This document shows, one piece after another, positions 40,581-50,211 of a stretch of 64,000 nucleotides of DNA (positions are counted from its first letter, which is position 1; the number at the start of each line of letters is the position of its first letter). The notes under the pieces are model-generated. The model saw only the letters and a program-made list of their open reading frames with translations. It had not been told where the DNA came from and did not search any database. Source of the stretch: Candidatus Altimarinota bacterium (GTDB taxonomy: Bacteria > Patescibacteriota > Gracilibacteria > UBA4473); contig OZ246423.1 in the NCBI GenBank assembly GCA_965231215.1, positions 768,001-832,000 on the forward strand, read 5' to 3'. The translations under genes and the position numbers were made by a program.

Positions 40581-41631
40581 GTGTTTCTAGCGCTTTGGCA
40601 TTGGTTTTTAAAAAATTGATTTTGTGAAAATCCTCAGGACTTACCCAGTTGAGTTCTTGGTTCTCTAAAGGTTTTGGGGTGCCAGATTGGATCTGACATC
40701 GATGAAATCTCAAGAGAAGGTTTTTCCCTTTAAACTTGTGGGTTTGTTCAAAAAAGTGAGGACGAACCGAAATTTTTGTCCCGACTTCTTCCATAATTTC
40801 ACGTTTAACACATTCTCGAAAACTTTCTCCTGGTTCACGTTTGCCGCCAGGAAATTCCCAAAATCCAACAAAGCTTTTGCCCTCTGGTCGAGACTGAATT
40901 AAATACTTACCGTCTTTATGAATACAGGCGACTCCTACTTCTATCGTAAATACTTTTTTTCTAGGATTGTTTTTAAGTTTTGGGTTTTTGCGTTTAGGTT
41001 TGAATTTTTCAACTACTGCTGGTGGGAAAAAAGTTTCCCCCAAGGGTCCTTCAATCACTTTGCCAGCCCGGAGTTCTGTCGCCAAATCCATCATAGCGGA
41101 GTTCCAAACATATCCCGAACTAGCAGGGGCAATAAGGGCTTCTGCAGCTTCTACAACATTGACCTTGGGCCAAAGAGTAAGAATAATTTTAGAAATATTG
41201 GTATCTACGGCCGGGAGCCGATGGCCAAGAGCAAAGCTCAAAATAGCATGAGCTGTATACTTCCCAATGCCAGGAAGTTGCTCAAGTAGTTCTGGAGATT
41301 CAGGAAATTTTCCGTTGTATTTTTCCACTATAATTTTAGCGGTTTTCTGCATATTTTTACCTCGGTTGTAATATCCAAGGCCCTCCCAAACAGGATAGAC
41401 TTCTTTTTCCCAGTCAGCTTTTGCAAAGGCCTCAAGGGTAGGGAAAGCCTCCAAAAATCTTGGAAAAAATTTTTCAGCTACACGATCAATCTGGGTTTGA
41501 TGTGACATAATCTCTGATATCCAAACGTGATAAGGATCGCGAGAATGTCGCCAAGGAAAATCACGAGCATTAGAGGCAAACCAAAGCTCTAGGCTTTCAG
41601 TAAATTTTTGATAGTTTTTCATAAGTAGCAA
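40561..41631 (-). CDS. MutY-type HhH-GPD glycosylase fused to a MutT/Nudix domain
   Basis: RDFPWR, WISEIM, GLGYY, LPGIGKYTA and VDTN; then GGKREPGESFRECVKREIMEEVG. Confidence 0.9.
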   Translation of the reverse strand: MLLMKNYQKFTESLELWFASNARDFPWRHSRDPYHVWISEIMSHQTQIDRVAEKFFPRFLEAFPTLEAFAKADWEKEVYPVWEGLGYYNRGKNMQKTAKIIVEKYNGKFPESPELLEQLPGIGKYTAHAILSFALGHRLPAVDTNISKIILTLWPKVNVVEAAEALIAPASSGYVWNSAMMDLATELRAGKVIEGPLGETFFPPAVVEKFKPKRKNPKLKNNPRKKVFTIEVGVACIHKDGKYLIQSRPEGKSFVGFWEFPGGKREPGESFRECVKREIMEEVGTKISVRPHFFEQTHKFKGKNLLLRFHRCQIQSGTPKPLENQELNWVSPEDFHKINFLKTNAKALETLKKMRT

Positions 41632-41696
41632 AACCCCTTAAAGAGGCGCAAAGTATTCATCTCTATTTCTACCTAAAAAGTGTATTGAGATCAAAT

Positions 41697-42650
41697 CTAA
41701 CTGTTTATTCCTGGAAGGACAACAAATCGGACAATAGTCCAAGCAGAGAAGGCGAGAACAATGCCGATCAGTACATAAATAAAGATCTTTTTAGCTTTGT
41801 TTACCGCTTCTTCGTTTCCGAAGTTAGCGATCATAAGTATTCCGGCCCAGACCAGCGCTACCACTGCAAAGAACGCCACAAATCCAAGAAGTATGTTAGT
41901 CCATTTAGCAAACTCAACATTAAGGAACACAAGATTAATGCCTTGCAGTTGTCCGCTTTGGTTAAACCCAAAGAAGATGTCTACAATAGTGTAAGCGAGG
42001 AACATAAGCGTGATCCCTAGGACAGAAAAAATAATACCTCGAATAGCTTTTGATCGGTTTTCTTCGTTTCCACCAGAAAAGATAAGCCTGACTCCAGAAA
42101 GTACGAGGTAAAGCACCGCTAAAGCAATAGCAAACGAGGTAATAAAATTAATAAATCCGTTAATTTCAGATCGGGCAATAACTCCGAATTGAACGACATC
42201 TCCGGTTTGCATGATCTCTCCTTGAGTGCCAAAGAACATTTTATCGACAATGGTAAAACTAGCGACAAGCAGTCCAAAACCCACCGCCATCCAGACTACC
42301 TGACGTACCCGGTTTTTAAACTGTTCTTCGTTATTTCTGTTAAGTAAAAGCACCAAGGCGCCCCAAGATAGAAATACAATTCCAATGGGGATGAAAAATC
42401 TTTCAATAAATCTTATAACCGCTGTTATAATATTTCTAATATAATAAGCTCCTGGGTTACTAATGTTTGGGTTTGGATTTATGTTGTCTTGAAGCCCGGT
42501 GTAGTCTTGTACATTTTCGTTATTAAGAATCAGCTCGCTATTAAACACAAAGTTTGGATTTGGAGTGATAGCCGATTGAGCTTCTGCAACTTCGCTTCCC
42601 AGCCCTAGAACTGAAAGTATAAAAGCGAAGCTGAGGATTATTTTTTTCAT
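41697..42650 (-). CDS. Triple-repeat VirB2-like pilin
   Basis: Signal peptide plus three TM-(G.EE...KAK)-TM units. Confidence 0.75.
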   Translation of the reverse strand: MKKIILSFAFILSVLGLGSEVAEAQSAITPNPNFVFNSELILNNENVQDYTGLQDNINPNPNISNPGAYYIRNIITAVIRFIERFFIPIGIVFLSWGALVLLLNRNNEEQFKNRVRQVVWMAVGFGLLVASFTIVDKMFFGTQGEIMQTGDVVQFGVIARSEINGFINFITSFAIALAVLYLVLSGVRLIFSGGNEENRSKAIRGIIFSVLGITLMFLAYTIVDIFFGFNQSGQLQGINLVFLNVEFAKWTNILLGFVAFFAVVALVWAGILMIANFGNEEAVNKAKKIFIYVLIGIVLAFSAWTIVRFVVLPGINS

Positions 42651-42653
42651 TTT

Positions 42654-43589
42654 TTAAAAGAAAAATCGAACAAGACTGTAGGCAGAGAAGATCACAATAA
42701 GAGCAATAACACAGCTAATAATTATATTTTTAGCTCGGTTCGTTCGTTCTTCATCGCCAAGACTAAGAACAAAATAGAGACTGGCAAAGACCATCATTAT
42801 TAGAGCTGCAGCAGCGGTAATAGTCAAGAGTGTGTTTACAAGTCCTACAATTTCTCTAATCCCTATAAGTACCCCTTGATTGGTAATAGCTTCTCTATTA
42901 GCTCCAGGGAGGAAGAATACGCCTCGTACTAGAATTTCAGCGCCTAAGATCATTACTACAGCTAGTAGGAAATTTTTTAAAAGTTGTTTTTCTTTTTCCC
43001 ATGATTCTTCTTTCCCTTCACTAGAAATAAGGACATATCCCGTAGAAACGAGTGAAAGTAGGGCTATTCCTCCAATGACGATTTGTATGAGGAGTTTTAT
43101 TTCCATAGCCTTTTGTTCTACAAGGTTGGTCACATTTTGATTTACCAAGAAACTATTGTTTACCTGCGTATCAGGGTTAAATACCAAGAAGGCGGCAATC
43201 TGCGCAATAGAAACGACAATCAACCCTAAAATAATATATCCAAATTCTTTCTGACTGTTCTTGATAAAGTCTTCTTTCCCTTCTGATACAATGAATCTTA
43301 TTCCAAGCATAACAAAGTAGAGTATAGCCACAATGCCAATAATGATATTGACGGTAGTAAGATTTTCTTTGGAAAATATAGAATATATAGCGGGTTTTAG
43401 GTCAGAGGTGCCAACCGCATTAGCGATTCGGTTGTTGGCCACAATGCTACCGCTATAAGAGCCACTTCCTGGTAAAGGAAGTGTGTTTTGGGCCATTAAT
43501 TCAGGCATGAAAAACATCATTCCTAGGGCAGCTAGAGCCCCGAGAAGCATGTGTTTTGGTTTTAGAAATGACATTAGTTTCAATTTCAT
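42654..43589 (-). CDS. Triple-repeat VirB2-like pilin
   Basis: Likely start MKLKLM at 43589; signal peptide; three SEGKE/SLGDEE pilin units. Confidence 0.72.
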   Translation of the reverse strand: MKLKLMSFLKPKHMLLGALAALGMMFFMPELMAQNTLPLPGSGSYSGSIVANNRIANAVGTSDLKPAIYSIFSKENLTTVNIIIGIVAILYFVMLGIRFIVSEGKEDFIKNSQKEFGYIILGLIVVSIAQIAAFLVFNPDTQVNNSFLVNQNVTNLVEQKAMEIKLLIQIVIGGIALLSLVSTGYVLISSEGKEESWEKEKQLLKNFLLAVVMILGAEILVRGVFFLPGANREAITNQGVLIGIREIVGLVNTLLTITAAAALIMMVFASLYFVLSLGDEERTNRAKNIIISCVIALIVIFSAYSLVRFFF

Positions 43590-43688
43590 TCTCGTAATTT
43601 TACCTGATTTTAGCACTTTTCTCAACAATTTTTTGACAAAAAGGACTTGCTTTATACAATCTCGTGGCTTTTTTGTTCTTTTTGGCTT

Positions 43689-43937
43689 ATGGACAAGTTT
43701 ATTGCACTGCTGTTGATTCCAGGCGGGATCCTCATGATTATCTACACAAAACCTATAGTAGATTTTACAGGTCGCTTCGACTTTGCAGAACGTTGGTTTT
43801 TGCAAGGGGGGACTTATACTTTTATCAAACTTTTAGGTTTGGGGTTGGCGATTCTGTCTTTCATGTACTTGGTTGGCGGTCTAGAGGCTTTCATTGGAAG
43901 CACTGTAGCCCCGTTTGTACCAGGTTTAGGTGCGTAA
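43689..43937 (+). CDS. Small 2-TM membrane protein
   Basis: MDKFIALLL...FTGRFDFAERW..GGTY.FIKL; resembles a conserved CPR family. Confidence 0.65.
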   Translation: MDKFIALLLIPGGILMIIYTKPIVDFTGRFDFAERWFLQGGTYTFIKLLGLGLAILSFMYLVGGLEAFIGSTVAPFVPGLGA

Positions 43938-44077
43938 GTAGACAAAAAAGTAACTCTCTTTAACCCAAATAAAAGCGAAGAGCGCCAAGCAACACTTTTA
44001 TGAAGAGAGGCGGAGGTTGCAGGGTACTGCAGTAAAGTTCTAACTTTATGGAAGTACGTAGCCACCGATAACGATAT

Positions 44078-44154
44078 GGGGCCTTAGCTTAGTTGGCTAG
44101 AGCGCCTGCTTTGCAAGCAGGAGGTCATCGGTTCGAATCCGATAGGCTCCACCA
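44078..44154 (+). tRNA. tRNA-Ala (TGC)
   Basis: GGGGCCT acceptor strand with G3:U70, CCTGC-ttTGCaa-GCAGG anticodon arm, CCA. Confidence 0.96.
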
Positions 44155-44155
44155 A

Positions 44156-44230
44156 GGGTGGGTAGCTCAGTGGTAGAGCATCTGGCTTTTAACCAGTTGG
44201 CCGCGAGTTCGATCCTCGCCCCACCCACCA
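44156..44230 (+). tRNA. tRNA-Lys (TTT); integration target
   Basis: GGGTGGG/CCCACCC acceptor stem, ctTTTaa loop, CCA; starts 1 nt after tRNA-Ala. Confidence 0.95.
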
Positions 44231-45813
44231 TAAGAGTTTTTCCACTTATTTGAATCCTCCCCCTCATTGGGGTTGGACTCAGAGTCAGAAGTGGATTTCT
44301 CAATCGTTAACCTCAGTTGAACATCATTCTTGGTAATGATGATTTTTCTGATTAGGAGCTGGCAAATAGCTCTCTGCTCTTGGTAGGAGAGGTTTTTTAG
44401 CCGGCTTTTGTACTGTGCGGAATAGTTTTTTAGCGTCTCTACTTTACGCTTTAAATCCGTGTTAGTAGCAAGTTCTGCCTCAATAAATTCCAATTCTTCT
44501 GAAGCATCTTTTTTGTTCTTAGCGTATATGGTAGCTTGCTCAGAGGCTTCTTCCATGCTGATTAACTCTCCTGAAACTAAGGTTAAAAAATTTGCCCTTC
44601 CTCGCTCTAGCGTCTCTAATTTAGCTTCAACTTCTTCCTTACGTGCTTTAAGTTTATTGATTCTGTCTTCCTTGCTCATCTCCTCTACGAGGTTTTCAAG
44701 CGTGCCTTTAGGATTGCTAATAATGCTGACTAATTTATCCCACACTAGAGTCTCTAATATTCTTTCTGAAATAGCTCCATTGGTACACTTCTCTCCCGTA
44801 TTCTTCTGTCGTGGACAACGGTAGTTTTTAGCCAACGTCCCACTCTTCATTTTTTGTGCGTATGGAGTCATTTTTCGTCCACAACAACCACAGTAAACTT
44901 TGTTTGAAAATAGGTACTCATGTTTAGCTCTATTGGAAGGGCGGTCAGCTTTGCGCTTCTTTTTCACTTTTTCAAATAGCTCCTCAGAAATTATTGAGGG
45001 ACATTCTAAAGGGATTTCTTTAAAGTAGTATCGCCCTATGTAGGCCTCGTTATCGAGTATTTTTCTTATCTGTCCCGGACTCCAACTGTAGGCAGGGTTA
45101 CGCTCCATACGGGTCTGTTCTTTCTCTGTCAGCGCTTCTTTAAGGTCACATCTTCGTGGTATCTTTAAAAGTTTGAGCTCGTCCCTTATTTTTTCGACAC
45201 TAAAGCCTTTGTTATACCAGTTAAAAATCTTCTGCACTATCTTCGATTCTTCTGGATGAACCTGCATAACACGGTTTTCATCAGATAAATAACCAAAGGG
45301 AATCGTTCCACCAACATATCGCCCTTTCTTAGCTGCAGCAATTTTCCCATTAAGAGTGCGTTCCATAATAAGACTTCTTTCGAACTCCGCTAACATGGCA
45401 AAAATTTGAAACATAAGTTTTCCCACGGCAGTTGTATCAAAGTGTGGTTCACTCACCGAAATAAATTGAATTTCTTTGCCTCCAATCTTCTCAACGGTCT
45501 CTAGCAACAAACGAGTATTTCTAAACAAACGGTCTATGCGATAAACCATAACCGCATCAACTTCTTTACGCTCTACCTTTTCCATTAGCTTTTTTAGCTG
45601 AGGCCTTTCGTCTACTTCTAAACTTCCTGAATAGCCCTCTTCCTGAAAGATGTTCTCTGGCTTTAATTCCCACTTCACTCCAACATCATTTTGGTTTTTC
45701 GATTTTATGTATTCCTTAATTTTTGCCTTTTGAGCATCAAGCCCAAATTTTTGTACTTGCTCATCCGTTGAAACACGAATGTAAGCAGCGATTTTAATAA
45801 TTTTTTTAGTCAT
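44167..45813 (-). CDS. Large serine recombinase (integrase) with zinc ribbon and coiled coil
   Basis: YIRVSTDEQ, DRLFR, AEFER, PFGY and CGCCG...YRC motifs; the last ~20 codons are antisense to tRNA-Lys. Confidence 0.93.
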   Translation of the reverse strand: MTKKIIKIAAYIRVSTDEQVQKFGLDAQKAKIKEYIKSKNQNDVGVKWELKPENIFQEEGYSGSLEVDERPQLKKLMEKVERKEVDAVMVYRIDRLFRNTRLLLETVEKIGGKEIQFISVSEPHFDTTAVGKLMFQIFAMLAEFERSLIMERTLNGKIAAAKKGRYVGGTIPFGYLSDENRVMQVHPEESKIVQKIFNWYNKGFSVEKIRDELKLLKIPRRCDLKEALTEKEQTRMERNPAYSWSPGQIRKILDNEAYIGRYYFKEIPLECPSIISEELFEKVKKKRKADRPSNRAKHEYLFSNKVYCGCCGRKMTPYAQKMKSGTLAKNYRCPRQKNTGEKCTNGAISERILETLVWDKLVSIISNPKGTLENLVEEMSKEDRINKLKARKEEVEAKLETLERGRANFLTLVSGELISMEEASEQATIYAKNKKDASEELEFIEAELATNTDLKRKVETLKNYSAQYKSRLKNLSYQEQRAICQLLIRKIIITKNDVQLRLTIEKSTSDSESNPNEGEDSNKWKNSYGGWGEDRTRGQLVKSQMLYH

Positions 45814-45929
45814 TTTAATAAAAAGTTAATTGATAATGTTTTAGGTTCGTTAAAACCTTTAAAAATTCCGCTTCTAACGGATTTTGGTTGAGCATTAAGC
45901 TCTTTGTTCGTTTTTTGTCCTAAAGCCTG

Positions 45930-46358
45930 TTAGGGCTTAGAATTTAAAAGACCCTTTACTGTATGCAAAGGATTGTGGTTAGTTTGTTTCCATTTCTGGA
46001 AATCAATGTGTGACTGTCGAGTTGCTTTCTCAACCAGTTCATCAAATACACCTTGTTCATAGGCATACTTCTGAAAAGTAATAAGTTGGCTCTCGCAGAT
46101 AGTGGATAATCCTTCAGCTTTCCAAACTAAGTATTTAGGTTCTAGCATTTCAAAAGTGTCACATTCTCCTGTTGCTATACAACGAACCTTTGCTGTTTCT
46201 ACCTCCATATCTTCGACATATCTCATGGCCTCATCTAACACTGCTGATTTTTTGTCGAGGTCATACATAAAATAAATAGACCAAACTAGCGGGACAAATC
46301 CCGCCAAGAACCCATACAAAGTGTGTTTTATTCGGTCTTTATTCCAACCTTTCATCAC
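45930..46358 (-). CDS. Single-TM hypothetical protein
   Basis: N-terminal hydrophobic helix; 142 aa. Confidence 0.6.
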   Translation of the reverse strand: MMKGWNKDRIKHTLYGFLAGFVPLVWSIYFMYDLDKKSAVLDEAMRYVEDMEVETAKVRCIATGECDTFEMLEPKYLVWKAEGLSTICESQLITFQKYAYEQGVFDELVEKATRQSHIDFQKWKQTNHNPLHTVKGLLNSKP

Positions 46359-46429
46359 TAACCATTATATTTTTTAGTTGAAATGTTACAACTATTTATG
46401 TGACAGAATCAAGATAAAATGGTTTTTTG

Positions 46430-46645
46430 ATGAGACAAGAAATCAAGGAACCAAAATTACTTTCTAGCGGAGACGCTAGGAAGCTGCTTGGCATTTCTTA
46501 TCAGGCCATAGAAAAGCTTGTAGACTCTGGAAAGCTTCCTTTTTTCAGTACTTCTTCAGGTAAAATTTTTAGAGAAAGCGATGTCCTAGTGATTCAAAGC
46601 GAACGAGAGGCAAAAGCGAAAACCGACAAGCGGGTTAAACTCTAG
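46430..46645 (+). CDS. Excisionase-like MerR/HTH_17 DNA-binding protein
   Basis: LLSSGDARKLLGIS...LVDSGKLP...KIFRESDV pattern. Confidence 0.8.
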   Translation: MRQEIKEPKLLSSGDARKLLGISYQAIEKLVDSGKLPFFSTSSGKIFRESDVLVIQSEREAKAKTDKRVKL

Positions 46646-46648
46646 TAG

Positions 46649-47404
46649 CTATTGTTCTAACTCAAAAACCCAGTATTTAAATTTACATGGAGGGTTTAAG
46701 TTTCTTCCTAGCTCTTTTTGAGTGAGGCCTAAGAACCTCAACATCATATCTTCAAAAAGGTATCTGAAACCTGAAACAAATACATCCAAAAAGTATTCCA
46801 AATCTTTCATCTCAGAGAACTCAGATTCGTAAACTCTTTTCGCATGTTCATATCCCTTAGGGGTTAGAGAGCGAGATAGCCCAGACAGTCCGCCATGGTG
46901 AGTTATACCGTTTCTGATATGACTAATTAGTTCAGCACAGTCTAGCGACATTTGTACGTCAAAGTCTTTATAAACCATATCAAACAATGGCTTAACTACC
47001 CGACCTCCAACCTGTCCCATTCCGCCACTTTCGGGGAACTCCGCTCGATATATGTAGCCCTCTAGTAACATCAAGGCATAAGCAAATTGTAAACGTGCTT
47101 TCTCGCTCTGTACAAAATTAGGTGATTGCATTTCTAGATAGTAGTCATACATGTAAGCCATAACCCCATCATGCTTTTTCTGCCACTCATCGCTTGTGAT
47201 AGTGGCAAAAATTTTATGAATATTTCTGATATTAGTGTTTGGGTCAAAATCAAAGGTTCTCTCGACGATTCTTATGACGAGGTCTAAGTCTTGCCCAAGA
47301 TATATAGCCCCAAGTACAGAACTACCTTCGACTGATAGGTCTTCTGGTTTATAACCGTCTGGGGCGGGTACGGTGTATTCTTCTTTAGTTGGCATCTTGT
47401 TCAA
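46649..47404 (-). CDS. Putative HEPN-domain RNase
   Basis: Helical protein with IRNGITHHG (R-X4-H) and an upstream LLE. Confidence 0.55.
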   Translation of the reverse strand: MNKMPTKEEYTVPAPDGYKPEDLSVEGSSVLGAIYLGQDLDLVIRIVERTFDFDPNTNIRNIHKIFATITSDEWQKKHDGVMAYMYDYYLEMQSPNFVQSEKARLQFAYALMLLEGYIYRAEFPESGGMGQVGGRVVKPLFDMVYKDFDVQMSLDCAELISHIRNGITHHGGLSGLSRSLTPKGYEHAKRVYESEFSEMKDLEYFLDVFVSGFRYLFEDMMLRFLGLTQKELGRNLNPPCKFKYWVFELEQ

Positions 47405-49880
47405 TTTTTTCCAAAAATTTCCAAATCAGACTTTCTGGAGTTCTTTCGTCAAACTCTTTAAAAAGAGTTTCATATGTTGCATCGAACCAATTAAAGTAGC
47501 CTGATTGGTCTGACAACCTCCACAATTGATTTCCTCGTGAATAAAAATCTCTACTTCTTTCTGGATAAAAAGAATGGTTAAAAGAACCACGCTCAACAAA
47601 CTCAGAATTTTCTTTCAGAAATTGCTTCAGCCTTTTATACAGTGGGTTGTTACTTCTCAGGTAAACATCAAGCCAGAATCCGTACATTAACAGTCTTTTG
47701 TAGAGATGTCTTCTCCTATGACAGTGCTCATCATTTTGTTCATTAAGTGATTCAAAATAATGGATAACTCTATCAATAGAGCGTTCTAGTAAAGCTTTAT
47801 GGTTCTCATCGCTGTAATAATCTTTAACAGCAATAGCTATAATTACCGAAAATTCATCTATACAATTCACCGGAAAAAATGTTCTTTCCAAATAACGATA
47901 TCTCACATCAAAAAGGAAAGAGAAATCGACCAAAGTTTTCCTTAACTGTCTCTTCAAACTTTCATTCTCTGTTTTGTGGTATGTGCCATGGACTAGAGCA
48001 AAGAGGTGCATTGTCGCCCCAACCTGTTCTTTTTTCAGAGCCTCTTTATCATCTTCACCAACCGAATTTGCTTCTCCTGCAACGTTTAAAAGAAGCCAAA
48101 ACAAATCTCTGTGTTTGTACTGGATAGCTTCTTTTTGTTCATTTGTTAAAGTGCTTTCGATACCTGTTTGAGCTATGATTCTAGAAACAACATCAAAAAT
48201 ATTTTTATAGAGTTGAGAGTCCAACGACTTCTTTGCTGAGATAGAAGATTTGTGGAGGCTGATTAGAGCCTCTTGAGAACCTCTTTTGGCATCATCAAAA
48301 AATTGTCCCCAATGGCGCTGGTCTGAGGTTTTAAGACTTTCTAAGACAATTTCCAACATAGACTGAACTGACTGCAGGCACTTAGATTGAGCCCATCCAA
48401 TCATGTGCGGCTTAAGGACTCCTGATTCTTTAATAATTGCTGGTATAGCGGCAAAATAAGTGGCTAAAGACTTTAGATGTTCCAACACAAAAGTTGCCTT
48501 TATAAATTCTTCCTTTTCGACGTACACTGAGGCGATTTTTTTAAGGTAGGCTATACTCATTCCTGTAGCAGGCGTATTTTCTTTAGCAAAAGACTGAGTA
48601 GCGAAATCTTCTAGTAAATCCTCGAGGAGGCTCGTTACTTGAGCGCTATTTATGTGGAACTCTTCGTCTGAAACATTCTCTAGAAGTAGCAAAGAAGTTT
48701 CCCCAACAAAGTGAACTATCACCTCTATTCCATCCTCGTAGTTAAGATTAAGAGCCTTTTTGAAAAGTAGCTTAGTCTCCGGATACATCACCTCTGATAT
48801 GTACTTATCGCTAGAACTCCATACAAACCCTCGTTTTTGAATGTAGAAGCGATTAATTTCATACAACGCAGAGAAAACACCATCAAGTGAGTCAAATTGC
48901 TCGCTGGCAAGCTTAGCGTTCGCTACACGATAAAGAATTTTTAACTGAGGCAGTATGTCCTCAAAGTCTTGGTCTAAAATATTGAATCTGCGTTCTCCTT
49001 CAAAAAACAAATATTGGGCTTTGTAGTCCCGTTGCCTACCATCAAGGAAATAAAACCATGAGTGAATTATGTTCACAGGAGCGAATAACCAATTTCTAAT
49101 TTTCACTCGTTTTGGTATTCCTTCAGTCAAAATATCCATCCTATTTAGGTCTGAAGGGATGTGTGGTCTTGGGTAAAAACGCAAGCTCAACTGTTTCTTT
49201 AGAGCTTTTGTAAAGTATGCTATTACGTTTTGTTCTGGAGCTGAATAGTCACGAAAACTTTTTACTATGAACGCAAACAGGGCTACCGTAAAAGTAAAAA
49301 CTTGGGCAATTACAGAGTAGTCAAATGGCAAAAATTCTGTTTTAACTTCTTCTGTTAACACTGCCTTCTGAAGGATAAATAAAAGCGAAAAGGCTAATAA
49401 AACAGATAAAATCAGGTAAACAACAAAGAATTTATTAGTTGTGTTAAAAGCATAGGCTCGAGCAATATTGCCGTGCCATTCTTTAGAAATCCTGCTTATG
49501 ATATCTAAGAAAAATGGAACTCCTAAAGCTAGAACTCCAATCAAAAGCGCTAGATAGCTTTCAAGAATTCTAAGGGTTAAATCATTTATGCTTTTGGGAG
49601 TATTTGCAAAAACAAAAAACCAAGTCACTACTCCGATTAGTACCAAAATCTCAGTAATATTTTCTTTAAGGAAGACCATGATTCTTGATTGTGTGGCTTC
49701 CCATCTACCAGAATCCATAAAGATAGCCTCTCCTGAAACAAACAAAATTAGCCCTAGAATCGTTAATGTTTCATAGCTAACCCCAAAGACCACCATCGCA
49801 AAAATAATCGCTGAGTATACCCCTATCTTGACAGGTAAAACTCGCAGATGGTTCAACAGGACATTTCTATCTAAGTTCAT
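47385..49880 (-). CDS. Large membrane protein (DUF2254-like TM region plus long helical domain)
   Basis: About 6 N-terminal TM helices, then ~600 aa of helical sequence; overlaps both neighbours. Confidence 0.65.
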   Translation of the reverse strand: MNLDRNVLLNHLRVLPVKIGVYSAIIFAMVVFGVSYETLTILGLILFVSGEAIFMDSGRWEATQSRIMVFLKENITEILVLIGVVTWFFVFANTPKSINDLTLRILESYLALLIGVLALGVPFFLDIISRISKEWHGNIARAYAFNTTNKFFVVYLILSVLLAFSLLFILQKAVLTEEVKTEFLPFDYSVIAQVFTFTVALFAFIVKSFRDYSAPEQNVIAYFTKALKKQLSLRFYPRPHIPSDLNRMDILTEGIPKRVKIRNWLFAPVNIIHSWFYFLDGRQRDYKAQYLFFEGERRFNILDQDFEDILPQLKILYRVANAKLASEQFDSLDGVFSALYEINRFYIQKRGFVWSSSDKYISEVMYPETKLLFKKALNLNYEDGIEVIVHFVGETSLLLLENVSDEEFHINSAQVTSLLEDLLEDFATQSFAKENTPATGMSIAYLKKIASVYVEKEEFIKATFVLEHLKSLATYFAAIPAIIKESGVLKPHMIGWAQSKCLQSVQSMLEIVLESLKTSDQRHWGQFFDDAKRGSQEALISLHKSSISAKKSLDSQLYKNIFDVVSRIIAQTGIESTLTNEQKEAIQYKHRDLFWLLLNVAGEANSVGEDDKEALKKEQVGATMHLFALVHGTYHKTENESLKRQLRKTLVDFSFLFDVRYRYLERTFFPVNCIDEFSVIIAIAVKDYYSDENHKALLERSIDRVIHYFESLNEQNDEHCHRRRHLYKRLLMYGFWLDVYLRSNNPLYKRLKQFLKENSEFVERGSFNHSFYPERSRDFYSRGNQLWRLSDQSGYFNWFDATYETLFKEFDERTPESLIWKFLEKIEQDAN

Positions 49881-50193
49881 TCAAAAGGCTTATGGATAAG
49901 TGAACCAAGTAGACAAATAGCACCGCTATGAGAGCACCTAAAAGCCAAATGTTTAGCAGACTCTTAACAACTTCGTATAAGGGCAGATGACTATTACCAA
50001 TTAATACTGTTGGTAGTGTAAACCATATGTCAATGTAGCCTAAAGCTATCGAAAGCCCCCCCCAAAGCAGAAAGTAGATAGCAACTCTAAAAATAATTGA
50101 GTAAAAATGCTGCCATAGGCTTAGAAGGGTGGACAGAAAAGATAGTAGTAATTTCTGTGCCTGGACTTTTATCATCTCTTCTATTTTGTTCAT
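49867..50193 (-). CDS. Small 2-3 TM membrane protein
   Basis: 108 aa, strongly hydrophobic; overlaps the next gene by 14 bp. Confidence 0.6.
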   Translation of the reverse strand: MNKIEEMIKVQAQKLLLSFLSTLLSLWQHFYSIIFRVAIYFLLWGGLSIALGYIDIWFTLPTVLIGNSHLPLYEVVKSLLNIWLLGALIAVLFVYLVHLSISLLNELR

Positions 50194-50211
50194 ACTTTAA
50201 ATCATAGCTAC

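Noticed and set aside
43590-43805. N-terminal 72 aa extension of the 383 aa pilin ORF
   Set aside because: It overlaps the divergent gene at 43689; the signal peptide supports a start at or after 43589.
44097-44303. 68 aa minus-strand ORF
   Set aside because: It is the antisense translation of the tRNA-Ala/tRNA-Lys pair.
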